Positions 1 to 10,722 of a stretch of DNA of 39,193 bases are shown piece by piece (position 1 is the stretch's first letter; each line of letters begins with the position of its first letter). The notes beneath the pieces are model-generated. The model made no database searches, had not been told where the DNA came from, and saw nothing but the letters and a program-made list of their open reading frames with translations. Made by a program: the position numbers and the translations under genes. Source of the DNA: Gemmatimonadota bacterium (GTDB lineage Bacteria > Latescibacterota > UBA2968 > UBA8231); assembly GCA_038128265.1 (NCBI GenBank), contig JAYPJE010000006.1:75375-114567 (forward strand). The letters run 5' to 3'.

Positions 1-38
1 GCCGGTGCCTTCTTAGCTTTCGCTTTCGCTTTCGCCAT
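1..38 (-). CDS. 5' end of a gene running off the window; Lys/Ala-rich N-terminus MAKAKAKAKKAP, product unknown (possibly HU/histone-like)
   Basis: ATG at 38-36 with GGAGG Shine-Dalgarno at 51-47; only 12 codons visible. Confidence 0.6.
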   Translation of the reverse strand, partial: MAKAKAKAKKAP

Positions 39-108
39 GGAAACTACCTCCCTTGAGTGACGATACACTACGAAGCTCTGATCGTTTTACAGCTCAATTC
101 TGAGTGCA

Positions 109-137
109 AAAATAACCAATATGCATTTATAGAGCAA
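109..137 (-). promoter_or_regulatory. Candidate sigma-70 promoter for the partial gene at 1-38
   Basis: TTGCTC (137-132)-N17-TATTTT (114-109) in an AT-rich divergent intergenic region. Confidence 0.3.
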
Positions 138-239
138 GCTGATTTATTGCGTTATTGACCCTGTAGATTGCTCTCTCGCTATGAGTTATATTAACGCCGC
201 ACGATGATTTCAATCGAATCGTTACAGCGGAGACAACCG

Positions 240-1175
240 ATGAAAATTTGCGTTGCTGGCGAAGGAGCTCAAGGACTCACTCACCTACAAGCGCTGCGGT
301 CATTAGAAGGTGTAGAAGTGGCATCGCTTGCGGGTGGCATCGCCGCCGATGCCGAAGCATTTGCCGAGGAATGGAACATTCCACATTGGTCGCTCGACTT
401 TTCTGAATGCTTGGAGCGCGCAGACATAGAGGCCGTTATTCTATGCTCTCCGAATCAGGTCCACTGCGAACAGGCAATCGCGGCTATGGAAGCAGGCAAA
501 CACGTGCTCATCGAGATACCCATGGGCCTTACCTTAGAGGAATCGCAGCGCGTCGTCGAAGCAGAACAGCGAACGGGCAACGTGTGCATGGTCTGCCACA
601 CACAGCGTTACAGCGGCGTATTTCGCGAGCTGAAAAACCGCATTGAATCCGGCCAATTAACACCGCTGCATATCGTGCAGCAAACCTACTTTTTTCGCAG
701 AAAAAACGAAAATCGATTTGGCAAACCGCGCACTTGGGTCGACGATCTACTATGGCACCAAGCCTGTCATATGGTAGACATGGCACACTGGCTGTTGGGG
801 GATTTAACGGCGGAGACGTGGGGACAGGTGGGCCCCATGCACCCCGAGCTAGATATTCCCATGGACCTCTCGATCGCCATGCGATCGCAGCGCGGAGCGC
901 TCGTCACTTCAGCGCATTCCTTCAACCACCATGGGCCCATTCAAAGCCACTATCGCATTATTTGCCAGGAGACTACGCTCATCGTAGAAAAGGGCAAACT
1001 CATCGATTTTGAGGGAGGGGAAATACCCGTTGCAGATAGCGGCGGAGTCGAGGCGCAGGACGGCGAATTTTTTGCCGCAATCAGAGATGGCCGCAAGGCG
1101 CTAACCAGCTGCAGCGCCTGCCTGCCGGTGATGGAGGCACTTGACCGCATACAGCGCGCGATCGGCGCGCACTAA
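240..1175 (+). CDS. ligC: Gfo/Idh/MocA oxidoreductase, LigC-like (4-carboxy-2-hydroxymuconate-6-semialdehyde dehydrogenase family)
   Basis: GxGxxG Rossmann motif (GEGAQG), GKHVLIEIP, QTYFFRRKN, W.D.LLWH, GP.HPEL.I.MD.SI and QD.EF..AIR.GR all match LigC as I recall it; start moved from 204 to ATG 240, which has GGAG upstream. Confidence 0.75.
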   Translation: MKICVAGEGAQGLTHLQALRSLEGVEVASLAGGIAADAEAFAEEWNIPHWSLDFSECLERADIEAVILCSPNQVHCEQAIAAMEAGKHVLIEIPMGLTLEESQRVVEAEQRTGNVCMVCHTQRYSGVFRELKNRIESGQLTPLHIVQQTYFFRRKNENRFGKPRTWVDDLLWHQACHMVDMAHWLLGDLTAETWGQVGPMHPELDIPMDLSIAMRSQRGALVTSAHSFNHHGPIQSHYRIICQETTLIVEKGKLIDFEGGEIPVADSGGVEAQDGEFFAAIRDGRKALTSCSACLPVMEALDRIQRAIGAH

Positions 1176-1192
1176 ACAGACGCGGCACCTGC

Positions 1193-1660
1193 TCAGAGGG
1201 CGATGTCTAATAGGCGCGATTCCTCTGCGTCTTTAAACTGGTACCCCTCGCGCAGCAGGTCGCGCAATGTGAGCTGTTGCAACACCTCGTCAACGGCATC
1301 CTGCAGACGGCTCCACAGCGCGCGCACGGAGCAGGCACTGAGCGTATGCGCGCAGTTTTCTTCGGCCCCGCTGTGCTGATCGCAAAAATTCGAATCAAAG
1401 AGGCGCCCGCCCAGGGCGTTTAGCACATCGGCAACAACGACCCGTTCAGGTGCGCGGGCCAGCGCATAGCCGCCGTGCTGGCCGCGCACGCTCTCGACAA
1501 AGCCGCTCTGGCGCAGGATGCGCAGCATCTTGCCGACGTTGTGATGCGAAATGCCTTCAGCTTGGCTGATTTCTGGAATCGTCAGGCTCGTGCCGTATTC
1601 CTGGCGCGCCAGGTGGAGCAGGCAGCGCAGTCCATATTCTTCTTGTGAACTCAGTTTCAT
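1193..1660 (-). CDS. Rrf2-family transcriptional regulator with three Cys, likely regulator of the suf operon
   Basis: Rrf2 winged-HTH signature (EYGLRCL...SVRGQHGGYAL) and C93-x9-C103-x6-C110. Confidence 0.9.
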   Translation of the reverse strand: MKLSSQEEYGLRCLLHLARQEYGTSLTIPEISQAEGISHHNVGKMLRILRQSGFVESVRGQHGGYALARAPERVVVADVLNALGGRLFDSNFCDQHSGAEENCAHTLSACSVRALWSRLQDAVDEVLQQLTLRDLLREGYQFKDAEESRLLDIAL

Positions 1661-1670
1661 AGCCTGCCCT

Positions 1671-2009
1671 CTACATCATGCCCAGTTCCAGCTTGGCGCC
1701 TTCTGACATCATATCGACCGACCACGGCGGGTCCCAAACAATATCGACCGATACGCCACTTAGCCCTTCGACCTCATCCTTGATCTTCTGCTGGACTTCC
1801 GGCGGCAGCGTGCCGGCAACGGGGCAGGCGGGCGACGTGAGCGTCATGGTGACCTGCGCAAAGTCTTCCTCATTTATTTGCACGTCGTAAATCAAACCCA
1901 GTTCATAAATATCAACCGGAATTTCCGGATCATAGCAGGTCTTGAGCACTTCGACGATGCGCGCCTCGGTGCTGCCCTCTGCAAAAGTCTTTTCATGCAG
2001 CGCGGTCAT
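1671..2009 (-). CDS. sufT: DUF59/SufT Fe-S cluster assembly protein
   Basis: DPEIPVDIYELGLIY, MTLTSPACP and WDPPW motifs; start set to ATG 2009 behind AGGAGG. Confidence 0.88.
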   Translation of the reverse strand: MTALHEKTFAEGSTEARIVEVLKTCYDPEIPVDIYELGLIYDVQINEEDFAQVTMTLTSPACPVAGTLPPEVQQKIKDEVEGLSGVSVDIVWDPPWSVDMMSEGAKLELGMM

Positions 2010-2022
2010 ACAATGCGTCCTC

Positions 2023-2475
2023 CTACTCCGTTGAAATGGGTGCGTCGTCACCAGACAGCGCCGACTTCATCGCATGCCAGGCGAGCGTGGCACATTTAAC
2101 GCGCATGGGGAACTCGCGCACGCCGGCAAAAATAGCCATCTTGCCCAGCTTCGCCTCGTCTATCGGATCGGCTACATCGGCCATGACCATCGCGTGAAAA
2201 TCTTCAAAAAGCTGCTCGGCCTCGGCGGTTCCCTTGCCCTTCAGCGCAGCCGTCATCAGCGAGGCGGATGCCTTGGATATGGCGCAGCCCGATCCTTCAA
2301 AACTAATGCCTTCAATGCGATCTTCTGCCACCTGCAGATAGATATGCAGGTGATCTCCGCACAGAGGATTGTAGCCCTCCTGAGCGCGATTAGCACTTTC
2401 GAGCTTACCAAAGTTGCGCGGGTTTTTATTGTGGTCGAGTATGATTTCTTGGTACAGCTCACGGAGTTCGCTCAT
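2023..2475 (-). CDS. sufU: SufU, NifU-like sulfur-transfer/scaffold protein
   Basis: LYQEIILDH, NPLCGD, GSGCAIS, RVKCATLAW. Confidence 0.93.
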   Translation of the reverse strand: MSELRELYQEIILDHNKNPRNFGKLESANRAQEGYNPLCGDHLHIYLQVAEDRIEGISFEGSGCAISKASASLMTAALKGKGTAEAEQLFEDFHAMVMADVADPIDEAKLGKMAIFAGVREFPMRVKCATLAWHAMKSALSGDDAPISTE

Positions 2476-3731
2476 CAGTTAAACACCTCTTGTACTTTGC
2501 GAATACCCGCCGCCAGGGCATCCATTTCTGCATGCGTATTGTAAAATGCCAACGAAGCGCGCACCGTGGCCGGCACGCCATAAAACTGCATTAGCGGCTG
2601 GGTACAGTGATGGCCCGCGCGCACGGCAATGCCCTCTGCATCCAGAATCGTGCCAATATCGTGTGGATGCGCCGAATCCATTACAAACGACACCACACCC
2701 ACTTTTTCGCGTGCAGTGCCGATAATGCGGACGCCGTCAATCTCGCCAATCACTTCGGTAGCGTAGCGCAGCAGGTCGTCCTCATACTGGGCAATGGCAG
2801 CGCGACCTACCGAGTTGACGTAGTCGATGGCGGCAGCCAGGCCAATGCCACCGGCAATATGCGGCGTGCCCGCCTCAAAGCGCACCGGCACGTCGGCATA
2901 GGTCGTGCCCTGTTCAAAACTAACCCGCTGTATCATGCCACCGCCGGTCTCCCACGGCGGCATCTGCTCGAGGAGGTGCTTCTTGCCGTACAGCGCACCC
3001 GACCCGGTAGGAGCAAATAGCTTGTGACCGGAAAAAACGTAGAAATCGCAGTCAATGGCGCGCACATCAACCGGCATATGCGGCACGCCCTGAGCGCCGT
3101 CAACCAGCACGACGGCACCCTGCGCATGCGCCATATCTGCAATTTGTCCGACTGGATTTATCGTTCCCAACGCATTTGAAGCGTGCGATATCGCTACGAT
3201 CTTTGTGCGTTCGCTAAGCAGTTTCTCGTACTCGTCGAGAAGCAACTCGCCATCCTCATTGATCGGAGCGACCCTGAGCACGGCGCCCTTTTCCTCGCAC
3301 AGCACTTGCCACGGAACAATGTTGGAATGGTGCTCCATTTGCGAGACGATAATCTCATCGCCGGCCTCAACTACGCTTCGACCGTAGCTGTGCGCGACCA
3401 AGTTGATGCCCTCCGTCGCACCGCGCACAAAGACGACTTCGCTCGGTTCAGCCGCGTTGAGAAACTGGCCGACTCGCCCACGCGCGCGTTCGTAGGCAAA
3501 CGTTGCCTGCTGGCTCAGCAGGTGAACACCGCGATGTATATTGGCGTTCTCCGTGGCGTAGTAGTGCTGTAGCGCATAGATCACCGTCAGCGGCTTTTGC
3601 GTCGTCGCTGCATTGTCTAAATAGACCAGTTCCTTACCGCGAATGCGCTCTTGCAGCACGGGAAAATCGCGGCGGATTCGCTCGACGTCGAGCGGCGATA
3701 CGGATGCGGTATCTTTTGCCAAGGTGCTCAT
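2475..3731 (-). CDS. sufS: Cysteine desulfurase SufS (group II)
   Basis: YLDNAATTQKP, FSGHK (PLP lysine), RAGHHC; start set to ATG 3731 with GGAG; TGATG overlap with sufU. Confidence 0.95.
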   Translation of the reverse strand: MSTLAKDTASVSPLDVERIRRDFPVLQERIRGKELVYLDNAATTQKPLTVIYALQHYYATENANIHRGVHLLSQQATFAYERARGRVGQFLNAAEPSEVVFVRGATEGINLVAHSYGRSVVEAGDEIIVSQMEHHSNIVPWQVLCEEKGAVLRVAPINEDGELLLDEYEKLLSERTKIVAISHASNALGTINPVGQIADMAHAQGAVVLVDGAQGVPHMPVDVRAIDCDFYVFSGHKLFAPTGSGALYGKKHLLEQMPPWETGGGMIQRVSFEQGTTYADVPVRFEAGTPHIAGGIGLAAAIDYVNSVGRAAIAQYEDDLLRYATEVIGEIDGVRIIGTAREKVGVVSFVMDSAHPHDIGTILDAEGIAVRAGHHCTQPLMQFYGVPATVRASLAFYNTHAEMDALAAGIRKVQEVFN

Positions 3732-3736
3732 GAAAA

Positions 3737-5056
3737 CTACTCCAACCGGGCGGTAGCCCGTTCCAATCGCTGGCCGACCCACTCTTCCAACTGCGCGCGC
3801 AGCGGCTCGATGCGCACGCGTTCAATCACCTCACCGGCAAAGGCGCGCGTCAACACGCGCCGCGCCGCCGCACGTCCTATTCCGCGCGAGCGCAGGTAGA
3901 ATATGGCATCCTCGTCCAGCTGGCCGATGGTCGCCCCGTGCGAGCACTTGACGTCGTCGGCGTAGATCTCCAGCTGCGGCTTGGTATTGATTTCGGCGCG
4001 ATCGGAGAGCAGCAAGTTGCGATTTGCCTGATAGGCGTCCGTCTTTTGGGCTGCCTGGTGGACGAGAATCTGTCCGCGAAAAACCCCGGTCGCATCGTCG
4101 GCCAGAATTCCCTTGTAAAACTCGTGGCTCTGGCAGTGTGGTTGGGCATGCTCGATCAGCGTGTGATTGTCGACGTGCTGGTGGCCTTCGACCACGTACA
4201 GACCGTTGAGCGTCGAATCGACACCTTCGCCTTGCAGCTGGGTGTGCACGTGGTTGCGAGTCAGCGCACCGCCCACCGTGCAGCAGGTCGAGCGAAACGT
4301 GCTGCTGCGCTCTTCGCGCACGTGGAGAGCGGATACGTGCAGCGCAGCATCGCTTTCCGACTGCACGCGATAGTGGTCGAGGCGCGCGTTTTCGCCTACG
4401 TGGAACTCGGCTAACGAGTTGGTCAGATGCACATCGTCACCGAGGCTTATATACCGTTCGACCAGCGTGGCGCTGGCATGGTCTTCGACGTGCACCAACA
4501 GGCGCGGATGCACCGCACAGCGCGGGCTACTGGCGATAAAGAGCACCTCTATCGGCCGCTCGAGCTCTACGCCGCGCGCAACGCGCACGTGCGCTCCATC
4601 GCGCAGAAAGGCGGTATTGAGCTCTACAAAGGCGTCTTCGCCGCGCCGCGCGATAGCGCCCAAGCCATCGACGTGCTCCGCCGCGCGCAGCGAGGCAGCC
4701 AAGCTACCGGCGCACGCGCCGGCTGGTAAATCGGCCACGCTCGACAGCGCGGGCTGGTAGATGCCGTCTACAAATACCAGCAGGTGGCTGTCAATGCCCG
4801 GCACGCGCCATTGCTCAACGTCGCCTGGCACCTGAGCCTCGCCCAAAGCAACGCCCATATCTTCGCGCAGCAGCGCCGCCAGACTCGTATAGCGCCACTC
4901 TTCGTCATGCGCCGTGGGAAAGCCCAATTCGGCAAAGCGCTCCATCGCGCTCGTGCGCACCTTATGGACCGGTGCAGAAGCCTCGCCGTTGAGCGCTCGC
5001 GAAAACTCGGCAAAGCGCTCTACGTACCATGCACTGCGATCTGCACTCTGCGTCAT
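3737..5056 (-). CDS. sufD: Fe-S cluster assembly protein SufD
   Basis: GFPT..DEEWRYT and KPQLEIYADDVKCSHGAT, FYLRSRG. Confidence 0.95.
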   Translation of the reverse strand: MTQSADRSAWYVERFAEFSRALNGEASAPVHKVRTSAMERFAELGFPTAHDEEWRYTSLAALLREDMGVALGEAQVPGDVEQWRVPGIDSHLLVFVDGIYQPALSSVADLPAGACAGSLAASLRAAEHVDGLGAIARRGEDAFVELNTAFLRDGAHVRVARGVELERPIEVLFIASSPRCAVHPRLLVHVEDHASATLVERYISLGDDVHLTNSLAEFHVGENARLDHYRVQSESDAALHVSALHVREERSSTFRSTCCTVGGALTRNHVHTQLQGEGVDSTLNGLYVVEGHQHVDNHTLIEHAQPHCQSHEFYKGILADDATGVFRGQILVHQAAQKTDAYQANRNLLLSDRAEINTKPQLEIYADDVKCSHGATIGQLDEDAIFYLRSRGIGRAAARRVLTRAFAGEVIERVRIEPLRAQLEEWVGQRLERATARLE

Positions 5057-5814
5057 ACCGCAGCTCCAACTGCTTCGTCTTTAACCCAGTCGTACCCCTT
5101 CTCTTCTAGTTCGAGCGCCAGTTCCTTGCCGCCGGAACGGACAATGCACCCCTTGTACAACACGTGCACATAGTCGGGCACGATATACTCCAACAGGCGC
5201 TGATAGTGGGTAACGACAACGGCCGCTTTATCGGGCGAGTGCAGGGCGTTGACGCCGTTGGCGACGACGCGCAGCGCATCGATATCGAGGCCGGAGTCCG
5301 TCTCGTCGAGAATGGCTAACCGAGGCTCCAGCACAGCCATCTGCAGCACTTCGTGGCGCTTTTTCTCGCCGCCCGAAAACCCCTCATTGACCGAGCGCTT
5401 GAGAAAGCTCTCGTCCATTTCAACTAGCTTGAGTTTTTCTCGTACCAGACTGAGGAAATCCATTGCATCCAGTTCCTCTTTGCCGCGGTGCTTGCACATC
5501 TCATTATAGCCGGTGCGAAGAAAGTACGTCGAGTTGACTCCCGGTATTTCCACGGGATATTGGAAGGCGAGAAAGAGCCCTTCACGCGCGCGCTCTTCCG
5601 GATCCATATCGAGCAAGTCCTGCTCTAGGAAGGAGGCACTTCCCCCCGTTACTTCATAGCCTTCGCGACCGGCCAATACCTGAGCGAGCGTGCTCTTACC
5701 GGATCCATTGGGCCCCATGATGGCGTGAATCTCGCCTGCATTCACGTTTAAATTGATGCCGCGCAGGATCTGCGTATCCCCCACGCGCGCCTGCAGATTT
5801 TCGATCTTCAGCAT
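5053..5814 (-). CDS. sufC: Fe-S cluster assembly ABC-type ATPase SufC
   Basis: GPNGSGKST, FQYPVEIPGV, FSGGEKKR, LDETDSGLDID; start set to ATG 5814 behind GAGGA. Confidence 0.96.
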   Translation of the reverse strand: MLKIENLQARVGDTQILRGINLNVNAGEIHAIMGPNGSGKSTLAQVLAGREGYEVTGGSASFLEQDLLDMDPEERAREGLFLAFQYPVEIPGVNSTYFLRTGYNEMCKHRGKEELDAMDFLSLVREKLKLVEMDESFLKRSVNEGFSGGEKKRHEVLQMAVLEPRLAILDETDSGLDIDALRVVANGVNALHSPDKAAVVVTHYQRLLEYIVPDYVHVLYKGCIVRSGGKELALELEEKGYDWVKDEAVGAAV

Positions 5815-5847
5815 GTAGCTATTCCTCGCATTGTATTTCAAAAATTT

Positions 5848-7347
<1,500 letters not shown>

Positions 7348-7385
7348 CGCGCCCTATCTCCTCTTGTGAATGCCGCTGCAAATAA

Positions 7386-7479
7386 GACAAAAAAGTCAAG
7401 ATTGACGATTTAAAAAACGCCGGAACCCATTGGCCCCAGCAAGTAGAACATATTAAAGATGACAAAAAAGTCAAGATTG
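7386..7479. repeat. Two exact 19-bp direct repeats GACAAAAAAGTCAAGATTG (7386-7404 and 7461-7479); candidate Rrf2 operators
   Basis: Read directly from the sequence; starts 75 bp apart; each has a GAC-N6-GTC dyad. Confidence 0.85.
7447..7474 (-). promoter_or_regulatory. Candidate sigma-70 promoter of the suf operon, overlapped by the distal repeat
   Basis: TTGACT (7474-7469)-N16-TATGTT (7452-7447). Confidence 0.55.
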
Positions 7480-7483
7480 CGCG

Positions 7484-8388
7484 TTACCCCATCTTGCGCC
7501 GCTGCACCAAGTAGCGCGAGAGCGCTGCGTCAAACGACGTCGACGTATCGATGAGCGCATAGTCGATGCGCGCTTCGGCACAGCCGCGCCGGTAGGTCTG
7601 CACCATATCCTGCATCATCGCCGCATATTCGCGGCGCACCTGCCATGGCTGGGTCACTAGCACCTTAGCGGGATCTTCCAAATCGAAGAAGCGCGTCTCG
7701 CGATCAAAGGCCAGATCCATCTCGCGCGGATCCAGCAGGTGAAACACCACGACTTCGTGGCCGCGATGGCGAAAATGGCGCAGCCCGCGCAGCACCTCCT
7801 GCGGATCATCGAGAAGATCGGACAGCACGACAATAAGCCCGCGCCGAGCAATGCGCTCGGCCAAGTCGTGGAACGCGGGCGCCATATTTGTATCGGCCGA
7901 CGGTTCGGCTCCGTCAATGGCCTTGAGCAAAGCCTGCAGGTGGCTCTGCACCGAACGGGGGGGCACGTAGGCCTCGACGGCATCGCGGAAGAGCATAAGG
8001 CCTACCGCATCGCGCTGCCGCAGCATCAGATAGGCCAGTGCCGCCGACAGACAGGCGGCATAGCGAAACTTGCTCATCGGCGCGCCGGCACAAAAATCCA
8101 TCGAACCCGATACATCGAAGAGCACGTAGGCCTTGAGGTTGGTCTCCTCTTCGTACTGCTTTATGTAGAGTCGATCGGATTTGGCAAAGGCTTTCCAGTC
8201 GAGATCGCGCAGCGGGTCACCCGGCATGTAGGGCCGATGCTCGGAAAACTCGACGGAGAACCCATGATAGGGGCTGCGGTGCAAACCGGTGATAAAACCC
8301 TCGACGACCAGACGCGCTACCAAGTCTAGGCGCGACAAACGCGACAGCGTCTCCGGATCTAAGTAGGAGTTGGATTGCCCGGCAGCGC

Positions 8389-8392
<4 letters not shown>
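7484..8392 (-). CDS. DUF58 domain protein (VWA-like MoxR partner)
   Basis: [37 protein letters not shown]-like DVSGS; GTGA overlap with moxR. Confidence 0.92.
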
Positions 8393-9381
<989 letters not shown>

Positions 9382-9462
9382 GGCAATCCTTTCATCACTC
9401 GTCACATCCATTTAAGGCAGGTGCACTCGTCACGGCTCCGGTATCGGCACACCCGTACCGCA

Positions 9463-10722
9463 TTAGGTTTTGCGCTCTTTTTTCTTGGCCGCCGGAAAGA
9501 GCACGTTGTTCAAAATCAGGCGATAGCCGGGCGAATTGGGGTGCAGAGCGAGGTTGGTCGGCGGATCGTGCACCAAGTGCTTGTGGTCTTCTGGATCGTG
9601 CCCTCCGTAAAATGTAAACGTACCCTTACCCGCGCTACCGTGGATGTATTTAACCTCGTCGCTCTCTTCCACTTCACCCAAGACGATAACGGAATCTTTT
9701 ATCAGCGAGCGCTTATAAGCCGTCGTCTGCCCCAAAAACCCATCGACAATGCTCGTATGACACTGTGTGAGCATCGCGGGTACTGGATCGTATTTTGCCG
9801 AAAACTCGAACAGGGTAAAGTATTCGGCTTCTGCGGTGCGTATTTGCCGCACGTCTTTGGGCGTGGTATCTATGTCGGAGAACTCGTATACCAGGGGATT
9901 CTGCTCGAGGACAAAGTTCTCAAAGGCCATAGTGCGGCTAAAATCGAGTGCGGATTGCGCCTGTGGATCGGCCGGATCACCGTCGAACACTTCGTGGCAA
10001 ATATCGACATCCATCGCAGCCAGCGCGATGTCGAACGAATCGGTCGCCGAACACATGGCAAAGAGAAAACCACCGGATATGACGTACTGATAGATCTCGA
10101 ATGCAACGGCCTTTTTTTGCTCGGATACCTTGGTGTAGCCCAAACGACGGGCCATCGCCTCGTAGTCGCGCTGCTGATCGCGATACCAGGCCTCGCGGCC
10201 GTACGAGCTGTAAAACTTGCCGTACTGGCCGGTGAAGTCTTCGTGGTGTAAATGCAGCCAGTCGTAGTCCTTTAGCTTTCCCTTGAGCACTTCCTCATCC
10301 CAAATCTTGTCGTAACCTATCTGCGCATATTCCAAGGCCATCGTCACCGCGTCGTCCCACGGCTGCTTGTTGGGCGGCGTGTAGACGGCAATTTTGGGCG
10401 CTTTCTCCAGAAGCACAACTTCCATATTGCCGGCATCCATATCGGCGTACATCCGCGCGGCCTGCGCTTCCGATACGACGACGGCATCGACTCCGCGGAT
10501 TTGCGCTTCCCGCGCAACGGCAGCGTGGTAGTCGAGCATAAACGCACCGCCGCGATAGTTGAGTAACCACTCGACTGCGATGCCGCGCTCGAGCGTCCAA
10601 AATGCCAGTCCATAGGCTTTTAGGTGGTCGCGCTGCTCGAGGTCCATAGGCACCAGCAGGCGCTCGCCGGATGCCGGCAGAGCTAGAAAGAGCAACAGGC
10701 TGCAAAGGAGCGTTTTGACCAT
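9463..10722 (-). CDS. Conserved exported protein of unknown function; FCB family that I recall being labelled 'asparagine synthetase B'; possible class I glutamine-amidotransferase-like domain
   Basis: Signal-peptide-like N-terminus; HLKAYG, WLLNYRGG, DWLHLHHEDFTGQYGKF, GGFLFAMCSATD, GGHDPED motifs. Confidence 0.75.
   Translation of the reverse strand: MVKTLLCSLLLFLALPASGERLLVPMDLEQRDHLKAYGLAFWTLERGIAVEWLLNYRGGAFMLDYHAAVAREAQIRGVDAVVVSEAQAARMYADMDAGNMEVVLLEKAPKIAVYTPPNKQPWDDAVTMALEYAQIGYDKIWDEEVLKGKLKDYDWLHLHHEDFTGQYGKFYSSYGREAWYRDQQRDYEAMARRLGYTKVSEQKKAVAFEIYQYVISGGFLFAMCSATDSFDIALAAMDVDICHEVFDGDPADPQAQSALDFSRTMAFENFVLEQNPLVYEFSDIDTTPKDVRQIRTAEAEYFTLFEFSAKYDPVPAMLTQCHTSIVDGFLGQTTAYKRSLIKDSVIVLGEVEESDEVKYIHGSAGKGTFTFYGGHDPEDHKHLVHDPPTNLALHPNSPGYRLILNNVLFPAAKKKERKT

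Noticed and set aside
18..35. (TTTCGC)3 as a phase-variable repeat
   Set aside because: Short, in-frame hexamer encoding Ala-Lys; cannot shift the frame.
7386..7479. Direct repeats as a mini-CRISPR, att site or transposon footprint
   Set aside because: Only two 19-bp copies, no cas, integrase or transposase nearby; position fits a promoter/operator.
9439..9460. Weak hairpin between the exported protein gene and moxR
   Set aside because: Short bulged stem with no U-tract; not supportable as a terminator.
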